Positions 10,103-18,938 of a stretch of 64,000 bases of DNA are shown here, piece after piece. The notes below the pieces were generated by a model. It worked only from the letters and a program-made list of their open reading frames with translations, searched no databases and was not told where the DNA came from. The translations under genes and the position numbers were made by a program. Each line of letters opens with the position of its first letter. Within the stretch, counting starts at the first letter, position 1. Source of the stretch: an uncultured Gammaproteobacteria bacterium (lineage in GTDB: Bacteria > Pseudomonadota > Gammaproteobacteria > UBA9214); assembly GCA_963827755.1 (NCBI GenBank), contig CAWHCQ010000035.1:1-64000 (forward strand), given 5' to 3'.

Positions 10103-10627
10103 CCGTTAAGGAATAGATCTGTTGATTTGCTGGTCAAAAGATCGTTGTCACAGGGTAGTGCAATTATCACTGATGACCATGTCCCATTTACGCCTGATTT
10201 GGGCAACAGGGCTTTCAAGGTTCCAGTGCAGATCAGTATGACCTCTTGGCATTGACTCACCATTTCGGATTGAAATGACTCTTTCGTCTGTCAGGGAAAT
10301 AGCGACGCTCCATGGCTATTATGTTTTGATTATTATCCCTAAGCGGTAACTTTTCTGTCCGTTGACGACGATCAGTCTGGATGACTCTCCTCTCCTCCAT
10401 TACAGCCCCCATCTATCTAACAGGTTTATCCTGCTTTAGTAAAAAGCAAGATTCGTACCAGTTAGCACAAGAGCTATATGGATCGGGTAGTTGGCAAGTT
10501 AGTCGACAAATTGACTGTGAATTCAGACGGCTACCTGTAAATAATATTGACACCCGGACGGGGCTGTCAAAGCACCTTCAGCGAACAGCCTGCACTCGTC
10601 CAGCAAAATCAGCGGCGGCGAATCCAG

Positions 10628-10972
10628 CTAGTAACTGGCCATTTTCTTGGGAATATCCTGCTGATCAACGATGTCATGATTAACCTTGCGTCGATCAGGT
10701 AACCGTCTCCGGTCCTGAATTACACTAACTTTACTACTATCCGTTAGTGGAAATTCAACGGGCTGGTCAAAACGGCGATTACGTCTTTTTCTTGCCGGAG
10801 GGCTCTCAATGAAGCTCGTTTTACGTAGCAGCCAAACCCCGATTACACCACAGCTGATTATAAATACTGTATTAAGCAGACTTGAGGCAACAGGATTATT
10901 TGAATCCGTTAATGCACTGACAAGGGCAATGGCATAGATGCACAATACTCCCAACAGTCGTAACTTTTCCAT
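10628..10972 (-). CDS. Small 2-TM membrane protein with Arg-rich C-terminal motif
   Basis: Two hydrophobic helices followed by RRNRR...FPLTDS...DRRRLPDRR. Confidence 0.6.
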   Translation of the reverse strand: MEKLRLLGVLCIYAIALVSALTDSNNPVASSLLNTVFIISCGVIGVWLLRKTSFIESPPARKRRNRRFDQPVEFPLTDSSKVSVIQDRRRLPDRRKVNHDIVDQQDIPKKMASY

Positions 10973-11155
10973 AGTACTGTCTCCGTAAACCCAATATTGG
11001 TATTGCCGGTCCTGCTACTTGCCAGATGTTTTGACCGGACACACTGTAATTGCACAGGAATGGTAACCAGCCGGACAAATAAATACGTTGTCAAAAATAC
11101 CAGCAGAAATGTCAAATAATGACAATCGTGCTCGAAGAAGCCACCGGTAAAACTG

Positions 11156-11863
11156 TTATGCCGCTTCCTTCCGGCCGGCGACACCGGCCAGCCCCAAAAG
11201 TCCAGAGCCGAATAGCCAGACAGCTGCTGGAACGGGAACAGACGAGACTGTTATGCTGGCCGAGAATGATCCGTCAAGTGACGCATAATCAAAACCATGC
11301 TGATTAACTGAAAACCAGCTGGAGCCACCATCCAGTGAAGACATGACTTTTCCGGTAAACACACCTGCAATTCCGTCATTGATCATCTTGTCGGGTGTCC
11401 CGCCTCTCTTTGTTCCAAGGTACGGAGCTCCATGCCGTGCATTCCATACAAGAAGATAATCCTTGCCTGCTTGAAGCTCAAAGCTGCTGTGAGCCGATAA
11501 ATCCACCGGGGATCTTGCGGGGTTTGGAAGAATTATTGACGTATCGAATGAGCCGATTAATCCGCCTGGAGCAAGATCAACCCCATGTACACCGGTACTT
11601 TCATACACCCCGAGTTCAAGATATCGGGCTGTGTAGTTATTGGTTGAACCAAAAACAGCGGTAATTTTTTCTACTGTAATGTTTTTTCCACCCACATGAA
11701 AGACAGCCGCAGTAGCCCAGTCATTGCTTGTGGTATTGCTTTGGTCCCCTGCAATCAAACCACCCGTATTGTCAAATGAGGCAAGCGTCGAAACCAATGC
11801 AGCATGCACATTGGTTGACAAAGCGACAGCGGAAGCAATAAAAACTGATTTAAAGAATTTCAT
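11156..11863 (-). CDS. VPxPA-type PEP-CTERM (exosortase-sorted) surface protein
   Basis: Signal peptide (VHA-A); C-terminal VPVPAAVWLFGSGLLGLAGVAGRK (motif, TM helix, basic tail). Confidence 0.9.
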   Translation of the reverse strand: MKFFKSVFIASAVALSTNVHAALVSTLASFDNTGGLIAGDQSNTTSNDWATAAVFHVGGKNITVEKITAVFGSTNNYTARYLELGVYESTGVHGVDLAPGGLIGSFDTSIILPNPARSPVDLSAHSSFELQAGKDYLLVWNARHGAPYLGTKRGGTPDKMINDGIAGVFTGKVMSSLDGGSSWFSVNQHGFDYASLDGSFSASITVSSVPVPAAVWLFGSGLLGLAGVAGRKEAA

Positions 11864-12411
11864 CTGCCAGATTCCCTTGTATACCGGTTAAATAAATTAA
11901 AACGGCCTTGCTTTCTGATTGTTTGCCGGGTCATAAATAATTTATCAAAGAACCAATGTAATCACACTTGTACCAAAGTACATGTATTAGGAAAAAATCC
12001 GGCCTGCGGATTTCCCCGTTACGCGTGATTTTTTGCTCGAGGGGCGAGCCGGGACTGTAGCCGTTTTTATCGAAGGACAAGACGCTAGCGCAGAAAATCC
12101 CGAGAGCATTCTTCCAGAGATGCTATGTGAAATACTGTCTACATCGGTACAGCTTTGAGCAAACGCAGGTACCTCATGCAACTTTCATGGCGCGGTACAA
12201 ATCACCGAGGCAGGTTTAGACTGGATTCAAATGTCAATTGATCGTCTCATCAATCGAGCGTAGACCTGTTCCACAGATTTCGAGTGATTCCTCAATAACC
12301 ATCTGATAATCATTGGCTATGCTGGAAATGCAAGATGTCCCTTCTCATCAAGACTTGCGGACCCTTGCCGGTGAACTAGACTGCTGGTCATAGGGCATTG
12401 AACTGGGCGGG

Positions 12412-13083
12412 ATGCATATGAGCTTCCAGGGAAGTGATGTGTGGAAGATCCTGAACGCGATAATCCTGTCGCTTTTCATACTGACAGGTCATTGCCTGTT
12501 CTCTGCAAGGCTTGTGGCGGGAGAGCTTGTTGAACTTGCAATGACGCATGATCAAGGGGTATACCAGCTCAAGTTGAAAATGATTCTTGATGCCACGCCT
12601 GAGAGCATCCATGATGTAGTGACCGATTATGACCATGTTTATCGCTTGAGTCCTTCCATCATCGAATCAGAGGTATTGCACACGCCTGATAAATCGATTG
12701 TCCAGGTCAAGACACTGCTCAATGACTGCATCCTGATTTTCTGCAAGGAAATTCAACGGGTGGAAGAAGTGCGTGAGCTCGAAACGGGTGATATATATGC
12801 CGTGATCATTCCCCGGTTGAGCAGTGTCAAATCCGGCACAACAATGTGGAAATTCCAGCCGATTGGGTCACGCACCCGGATAAATTACAGCATCTCCCTT
12901 GAGCCGGGATTTATAGTGCCACCGTTCATCGGAACCTACATTGTCAAACAGAAGCTGAAGAAGGAAGTTCTGAATAGCTTCAGCAATATTGAACGCCTTG
13001 CACAGATTCGCAGCCGCAGAAAACATATACAGCAAAAGCAACTGCTAACCGATATTCCAAGGAAGCATGCCAGTGCGAATTAA
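12412..13083 (+). CDS. SRPBCC/START-like (polyketide cyclase family) exported protein
   Basis: LDATPESIHDVVTDYD...LSPSI; C-terminal TRINY...EPGF.VPPFIG. Confidence 0.7.
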   Translation: MHMSFQGSDVWKILNAIILSLFILTGHCLFSARLVAGELVELAMTHDQGVYQLKLKMILDATPESIHDVVTDYDHVYRLSPSIIESEVLHTPDKSIVQVKTLLNDCILIFCKEIQRVEEVRELETGDIYAVIIPRLSSVKSGTTMWKFQPIGSRTRINYSISLEPGFIVPPFIGTYIVKQKLKKEVLNSFSNIERLAQIRSRRKHIQQKQLLTDIPRKHASAN

Positions 13084-13447
13084 AAGAACGGTTATTTTGC
13101 TCCTTGCGCTGATGGTGGGCGGCTGTATCAAGGAACAGCGGCAGGTCAATTTCAGACACGATGTACAACCTGTACTGGAGTCAAACTGCATAGAGTGCCA
13201 TATCTCGCCTGAAGGAGAGGGTTATATAAAGACCGGGTTAAGTATGGCAACCTATGAAGATCTGATGAAGGGCACCATCTATGGTCCTGTGATAGTACCG
13301 GGGGACAGCATGCGCAGCATATTCAATATGCTTGTGGAAGGTCGGGCAGGTCCGTCGATGAGTATGCCGCACGGGTTTGAACCCCTCGACACCGGGGAGA
13401 TCGAGATTCTGCGGCTTTGGGTTGAGCATGGCGCCCTGCCAGACTGA
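13067..13447 (+). CDS. Monoheme c-type cytochrome lipoprotein (planctomycete cytochrome c-like domain)
   Basis: Lipobox VGGC; VNFRHDVQPVLESNCIECH; IVPGDS..S; MP; LWVEHGA. Confidence 0.85.
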   Translation: MPVRIKRTVILLLALMVGGCIKEQRQVNFRHDVQPVLESNCIECHISPEGEGYIKTGLSMATYEDLMKGTIYGPVIVPGDSMRSIFNMLVEGRAGPSMSMPHGFEPLDTGEIEILRLWVEHGALPD

Positions 13448-13550
13448 ATGACTGACATACTTTAGCCCTGTTCTTGCACGGAAATTACGGCAGATTTTGT
13501 CGTGCGGGTCCCGGTTCGGCCGGGAAAGGACATGGCCAGGTGAATACTCC

Positions 13551-13641
13551 ACCATGACTGCTCCGATTGCTTCCGGCTGGAGCAAAATATCACCCGGTGG
13601 GACTCTCACCCACTGGAAAACGCCGCCTTTGCACGGCGCAC
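13551..13641 (-). mobile_element. 5' remnant (start of domain I) of a bacterial group II intron
   Basis: Minus strand reads GTGCGCCGTGCAAAGGCGGCGTTTTCCAGTGGGTGAGAGTCCCACC...GCTCCAGCCGGAAGCAATCGGAGCAGTCATGG, with canonical GUGCG start. No RT ORF or domain V follows. Confidence 0.75.
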
Positions 13642-13656
13642 ACCCGGCACGGAGGT

Positions 13657-16179
13657 TCAGCCAGTGCCGGTATCTTGCAGTGGACGTGGTGTTACGGGTG
13701 ACAAGTGCCAGATGTCGCTGTTGTATTCAAGCATGGTCCGGTCGGTCGAGAACTTGCCACTGTTCGCCGTATTGAGAATGCTCATGCGCGTCCAGCGCTC
13801 CTGGTCGCGGTAGGCCCTGGAAACCAGTTCCTGGGTGTCAACGAAACTGCGGAAGTCCGCGGCTGTCAGCCAGGGATCATGGGCGCTGGTAATCGAGTTG
13901 ATAATCCCGTTGAACCGGTTTTTTTCGAACTGGTTGAAATACCCGCTTTTCAATAGCTGCATGACGGCCTTCAGGTCCTCGTCGGCCGCAATGATATCCC
14001 GCGGGCGGTAATCCTGTCGGGTCCCGGCGACCTGTTCGGCGTCGAGGCCAAAGAGGAAGAAGTTTTCCTCGCCGACTTCTTCCAGGATTTCGATATTGGC
14101 GCCATCGAGTGTGCCAATGGTAATGGCACCGTTCATCATGAGTTTCATGTTGCCGGTGCCGGAAGCCTCTTTGCCGGCCGTGGATATCTGCTCAGAGAGA
14201 TCCGCCCCGGGACAGATGACTTCCATCGCCGAGACACGGTAGTTAGGCAGGAATATCACCTTGAGCAGGTCGCCCACGTCGGGGTCTGTATTGATGACAT
14301 CTGCGACGTTGCTGATCAGCTTGATGATATTCTTGGCCATCGCATAACCCGGTGCCGCCTTGCCGCCGATCAGTACGCTGCGCTGTGTCCAGTTGGCGGT
14401 ATCACCGCGCTTGATACGGTTATACAGGTGAATGACGTGCAGTGCATTCAGCAGTTGTCGCTTGTACTCGTGAATACGCTTTACCTGCACATCGAAAAGT
14501 GCGGATGTCTCGAGCTTCACGCCGCAATCACGCTCGACCATATCGGCAAGACGCTGCTTGTTGGCCAGCTTGACCTCGCGCCAGCGCTGCTGAAATTGCT
14601 TGTCGTCGGCGTACGGCGCCAGTTTCTCGAGATCGTCGAGCCGGGTAATCCAGCCGTCCCCGATATGCTCGTTGATGAGCGCGGACAGGTTCGGGTTGCA
14701 CATGGCCAGCCAGCGCCGCTGGGTGACTCCATTGGTCTTGTTGTTGAACTTATTCGGCCAGAGCTCGAAGAAATCCCGGAACAAGCCCTCCTTGAGCAGC
14801 TGCGAATGCAGTTCGGCCACGCCGTTTACCGAGTAACTGCCGACGATGGCCAGATACGCCATGCGCACCATGGGTGTATCGCCTTCCTCGATAATCGACA
14901 GGCGCTTCAGCCGATCGGTATCACCGGGCCAGCGCTGCGCCACCCGGGAGAGGAAGCGGGCGTTGATTTCAAGGATGATCTCAAGCAGCCGTGGCAGCAG
15001 ATTGCGGAACATTTGCACCGGCCATTTCTCCAGTGCCTCGGGCAACAACGTGTGGTTGGTGTAGGCCATTGTGCGGCCAACGATATCCCAGGCACGCTCC
15101 CAGTCGAGGCGATACTCATCGACCAGCAGTCGCATCAGCTCCGCCACTGCGACACTCGGATGGGTGTCGTTGAGCTGAAAGCAGTGCTTGTCGGCCAGTG
15201 TGTCGAAATTCGTGTCGTGCAGCCGTACCCAGCGGCGCAACACGTCCTTGATACTCGCGGAAGCCAGGAAATACTGCTGTCGCAGGCGCAGCTCCTTGCC
15301 ATTCTCGCTGGCGTCGTTGGGGTAGAGCACCATTGTGATATGTTCGGCGACGTTTTTGGACTTGACTGACTCGGCATAGTCGCCGGCGTTGAATTCATTG
15401 AGGTCGAACTCGTCGGTCGCGGTAGACTTCCACAGGCGCAGACTGTTCACCGTGTGGTTGCGGAAACCCGGGACCGGAATGTCATAAGGCACCGCCAGCA
15501 CATCGTGCGTATCCACCCAGCGAACACGCCGGGCGCCGTATTCATCACTATAAAACTCGGTGTGGCCGCCGAAGTGGATGCGCTGCGTAAACTCCGGGCG
15601 CTCCAGCTCCCAGGGATTGCCGTCGCGCAACCAGTGATCCGGTTCCTCGATCTGGTAGCCATTGAGGAGCTCCTGGCGGAACATGCCGTACTCATAGCGC
15701 AGACCGTAACCCAGTACCGGCAGCTGCAGCGTTGCGCAGCTGTCGAGGAAACAGGCGGCCAGGCGACCCAGTCCTCCGTTGCCGAGGCCGGCGTCATGCT
15801 CGGCGGCCTCGACCTCTTCCAGTTCGATCCCGTAGTCATAGAGGACACGGGTCACTGCATCGGTGATACCGAGGTTAAGCATGGCGTTGCTGAGGGCCCT
15901 GCCCATCAGGAACTCCAGCGACAGGAAGCAGACGCGCCTCGCATCTTTCTCTTCGTAGGCAAACCGGGTTTCTTTCCAGCGCTCCATCAGCCTGTCACGT
16001 ACGGTATAGGCGAGTGCTTCATACAGGTAGTGACTCGTGCAATGCTGCTTGTCCCTGCCCAGGGTGCGGTTGTAGTAGCGAAGGAAATCCTCATCGATCG
16101 CCTTGCTGTTCATCGCCAGAGGCGGTAATTCGGTCAGTTTCGGATGGGGGACAAATGCATCGCTCAGGTAATTCTGCAT
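13657..16179 (-). CDS. glgP: Glycogen/alpha-glucan phosphorylase
   Basis: GLGNGGLGRLAACF, QLNDTHP, EASGTGNMK (PLP lysine); 840 aa. Confidence 0.98.
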   Translation of the reverse strand: MQNYLSDAFVPHPKLTELPPLAMNSKAIDEDFLRYYNRTLGRDKQHCTSHYLYEALAYTVRDRLMERWKETRFAYEEKDARRVCFLSLEFLMGRALSNAMLNLGITDAVTRVLYDYGIELEEVEAAEHDAGLGNGGLGRLAACFLDSCATLQLPVLGYGLRYEYGMFRQELLNGYQIEEPDHWLRDGNPWELERPEFTQRIHFGGHTEFYSDEYGARRVRWVDTHDVLAVPYDIPVPGFRNHTVNSLRLWKSTATDEFDLNEFNAGDYAESVKSKNVAEHITMVLYPNDASENGKELRLRQQYFLASASIKDVLRRWVRLHDTNFDTLADKHCFQLNDTHPSVAVAELMRLLVDEYRLDWERAWDIVGRTMAYTNHTLLPEALEKWPVQMFRNLLPRLLEIILEINARFLSRVAQRWPGDTDRLKRLSIIEEGDTPMVRMAYLAIVGSYSVNGVAELHSQLLKEGLFRDFFELWPNKFNNKTNGVTQRRWLAMCNPNLSALINEHIGDGWITRLDDLEKLAPYADDKQFQQRWREVKLANKQRLADMVERDCGVKLETSALFDVQVKRIHEYKRQLLNALHVIHLYNRIKRGDTANWTQRSVLIGGKAAPGYAMAKNIIKLISNVADVINTDPDVGDLLKVIFLPNYRVSAMEVICPGADLSEQISTAGKEASGTGNMKLMMNGAITIGTLDGANIEILEEVGEENFFLFGLDAEQVAGTRQDYRPRDIIAADEDLKAVMQLLKSGYFNQFEKNRFNGIINSITSAHDPWLTAADFRSFVDTQELVSRAYRDQERWTRMSILNTANSGKFSTDRTMLEYNSDIWHLSPVTPRPLQDTGTG

Positions 16180-16516
16180 AGCTGGATAATCACTCCTGGT
16201 GTCGATTCAGTCAGCGGACACTACGTCCGGATACAGCATAATACTCGAACTTTTCCGCAAGGTCTCGCGGCGCCATCAACGATTATGGTCCCTCAGCGAA
16301 TGTTTAAAGGTTCCTGTTGTTGTTAGCGCCCTGGCGCTTTGTCGTGGGAAATATTTTTTCGCAGCACCCTGTGTGTGGTGCATTTGCAATTATTACCTGT
16401 AATCCACGCCTCGGACTGACTTGCTCCTGAAGACCACCTTCCCTCTCCCCCGTCAAATCCAGTAACATTATTTCCCCGGGCAGAAAAAATCGTCAAATCA
16501 AACTGGACGGAGCACT

Positions 16517-17147
16517 ATGTACTACGGTGAAAAGTTCAATAGCATCAGCCATCTGGTAGGTGCTGTACTTGCGCTGGTCGGCCTGGGTGCCCTGCTTACG
16601 ATTGGTATCCAGACACGCGACCCATGGATCATCAGCAGTTTCTCGGTATTTGGCCTTACACTGGTGCTGCTCTACACCATGTCGACCCTCTACCACAGCT
16701 TTCACCCGGCAAAATTAAAACGCACCTTCAGGCTATTTGATCACATCGCTATCTATCTGTTGATCGCGGGCACCTACACACCCTATATGTTAGTCAGCCT
16801 GCGTGATGGCAATGGCTGGCTGATTATGAGTATCGTATGGACACTGGCCGGAGTGGGCATACTGACTGAGATTTTTTTATCTGGCCGGGCCGTCAAAATC
16901 GTCCAGTTGATTATTTATCTTGCCATGGGCTGGGCCTGCTCATTTGATTTTGCCAGTCTCAAGGAAGCGCTACCTGATACTGGCTATACAGTTGCTTGTT
17001 GCCGGAGGTCTGGCTTATTGCACAGGCGTGATTTTCTACATACTGGATAAACTACAAAAACTGGATCATGCCCACGGCATCTGGCACTTCTTTGTTCTAA
17101 TGGGTTCCATATGCCACTATTTTTCAATCATCGGCTACGTCAGGTAA
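16517..17147 (+). CDS. Hemolysin III/PAQR family membrane protein (frameshift near 16995)
   Basis: E.FNSISH, STLYH, DHIAIYLLIAGTYTP; HGIWHFFV in the second frame. Confidence 0.9.
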
Positions 17148-17258
17148 GCGTACGGTATCTCCCTCATCACACACCAGTAATTGGTGCCAGAGCACACTTT
17201 CTGCTGATACCAGGAAAAATGCGCCCTGACACCCTTGTATTCAAATCTCGCGGAAAAA

Positions 17259-17762
17259 CTAGTCCAGAAGCCCTTCAATACCGACAACCAATAACCCGAG
17301 TCCAGCTGTCCAAATGCTACAGGCAATCAGGTCATAGAATGTGTACCTGGCCGGTGACAAACCACTGATGCCAGTGAGCAGCGGTATGACGCTTCGAATC
17401 GCGGTCATCAGACGACCAATGATGATGGCCATTTCTCCATGCTTCACCAAAATCGCTTCTGTCTTGTCAAGGACAGCCTTGCGCTTAACGGCGAATCGGG
17501 TGCGGTGAAACCCGGGACCAATCCATCTACCCACGTAGTATCCGCTGTGGTCGGCAAGGGTAGCGCCCAAAAATGCCAGCGGCAATATCTGCGCTAAGGT
17601 CGCGATACCTTGCGTGTAAAGCACGGTGCAAACGCTGAGCAGTATGGCGCCGGAGATAAAAAGACCAATGCCGGGGCATGCTTCCAGAAAAGCGATGGTT
17701 GGTACAATGTACAGCGCGTACTCCTGGTACTTGTCTATCCATGCCAGGAATATATCGCTGAT
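17259..17762 (-). CDS. DedA family membrane protein
   Basis: FLEACPGIGLF.SG, LGA.LAD..GY..GR, GR....IRS.IP...G. Start uncertain: an ATC follows a GGAGGT Shine-Dalgarno. Confidence 0.85.
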   Translation of the reverse strand: MSDIFLAWIDKYQEYALYIVPTIAFLEACPGIGLFISGAILLSVCTVLYTQGIATLAQILPLAFLGATLADHSGYYVGRWIGPGFHRTRFAVKRKAVLDKTEAILVKHGEMAIIIGRLMTAIRSVIPLLTGISGLSPARYTFYDLIACSIWTAGLGLLVVGIEGLLD

Positions 17763-17947
17763 GTCTCGTACCTCCTCGGGGAACGGGCATACTAGCACTG
17801 GTGCAGCTATAGCTCCAGAACCGCATGTTATGCCAGAGATCCAAACAAGACTTTCTTCTCCGGCGTTAAATTCGGGGGACGTTGTTCTGGTAATATGACG
17901 GGTATCTTGAACTCGCGGCACATAATCCGAGAACCCGGGGAAGCAAA

Positions 17948-18817
17948 GTGAATGAGGCGAAACAAAAGTCAGCAATTCTGCTGATTCATTGCCCGGATCA
18001 AAAGGGCATTGTGATATCAATTACCGAGTTCATATTCAAGAACGGCGGCAATATCCTGTATCTGGACCAGCACGTGGATACCGGACGCCAGGTCTTTTTC
18101 ATGCGCATCGAATGGGACCTGCATGACTTTAGCATCGCTGACAGCAAGATCAGTGAGTACTTTGAAACCCTGGTAGCCCGTCGATTCTCAATGAACTGGC
18201 GATTGCATTTCTCGAATGAAGTACCGCGCATGGCCCTGTTTGTATCCAGATTGCCGCACTGCTTCTACGATATCCTGGCCCGCTATGAGGCCAGCGAATG
18301 GCAGGTTGAGATACCACTTATCATAAGCAACCATACTGACATGCAGACGGCAGCAGCGCGCCTGGGAATTGATTATGTATATCTGCCAGTCAGCCGGGAG
18401 AACCGGGCGGAACAGGAGTCAAAACAGCTTGAACTTCTTCAACAATACAAGATCGATTTCATCGTACTGGCACGCTACATGCAGGTCCTGAGTGACGGCT
18501 TTATCGGCAACTACCCCGACCAGATCATCAATATCCACCATTCTTTTCTGCCGGCATTCCCGGGCGCCCGGCCCTACCACTCCGCGCATGAGCGAGGGGT
18601 AAAGATCATCGGCGCCACCAGCCATTATGCAACCGCCGAACTGGATGCAGGACCGATCATTGAGCAGGACGTGGTGCGAGTAAATCACGAGGATGCGGTC
18701 GAGGATATGGTTCGCAAGGGACGCGACCTCGAAAAGATGGTTCTGGCCCGCGCCGTCTGGCACCATCTGCACCACAACATCCTGGTCTATGAAAACCGGA
18801 CGGTTGTGTTCGAATAG
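17948..18817 (+). CDS. purU: Formyltetrahydrofolate deformylase
   Basis: ACT domain CPDQKGIV; LARYMQ; INIHHSFLPAF.GARPYH; GVKIIGATSHY. Confidence 0.97.
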   Translation: MNEAKQKSAILLIHCPDQKGIVISITEFIFKNGGNILYLDQHVDTGRQVFFMRIEWDLHDFSIADSKISEYFETLVARRFSMNWRLHFSNEVPRMALFVSRLPHCFYDILARYEASEWQVEIPLIISNHTDMQTAAARLGIDYVYLPVSRENRAEQESKQLELLQQYKIDFIVLARYMQVLSDGFIGNYPDQIINIHHSFLPAFPGARPYHSAHERGVKIIGATSHYATAELDAGPIIEQDVVRVNHEDAVEDMVRKGRDLEKMVLARAVWHHLHHNILVYENRTVVFE

Positions 18818-18938
18818 ACTCTGCTGCAGAACCTGTTCTTCTTGCCATGTTTCCAGGTTTCCTGATACCTGCGAGATTAGTTCCAGCTGCCGGGATTTAT
18901 CCGTCCCGGTCAGCCATCAATCAGCATCACCCTTATTC

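Noticed and set aside
11969-11982. TGTA-N6-TACA palindrome upstream of the PEP-CTERM gene
   Set aside because: Too short, and no sigma-54 -24/-12 element found to support it.
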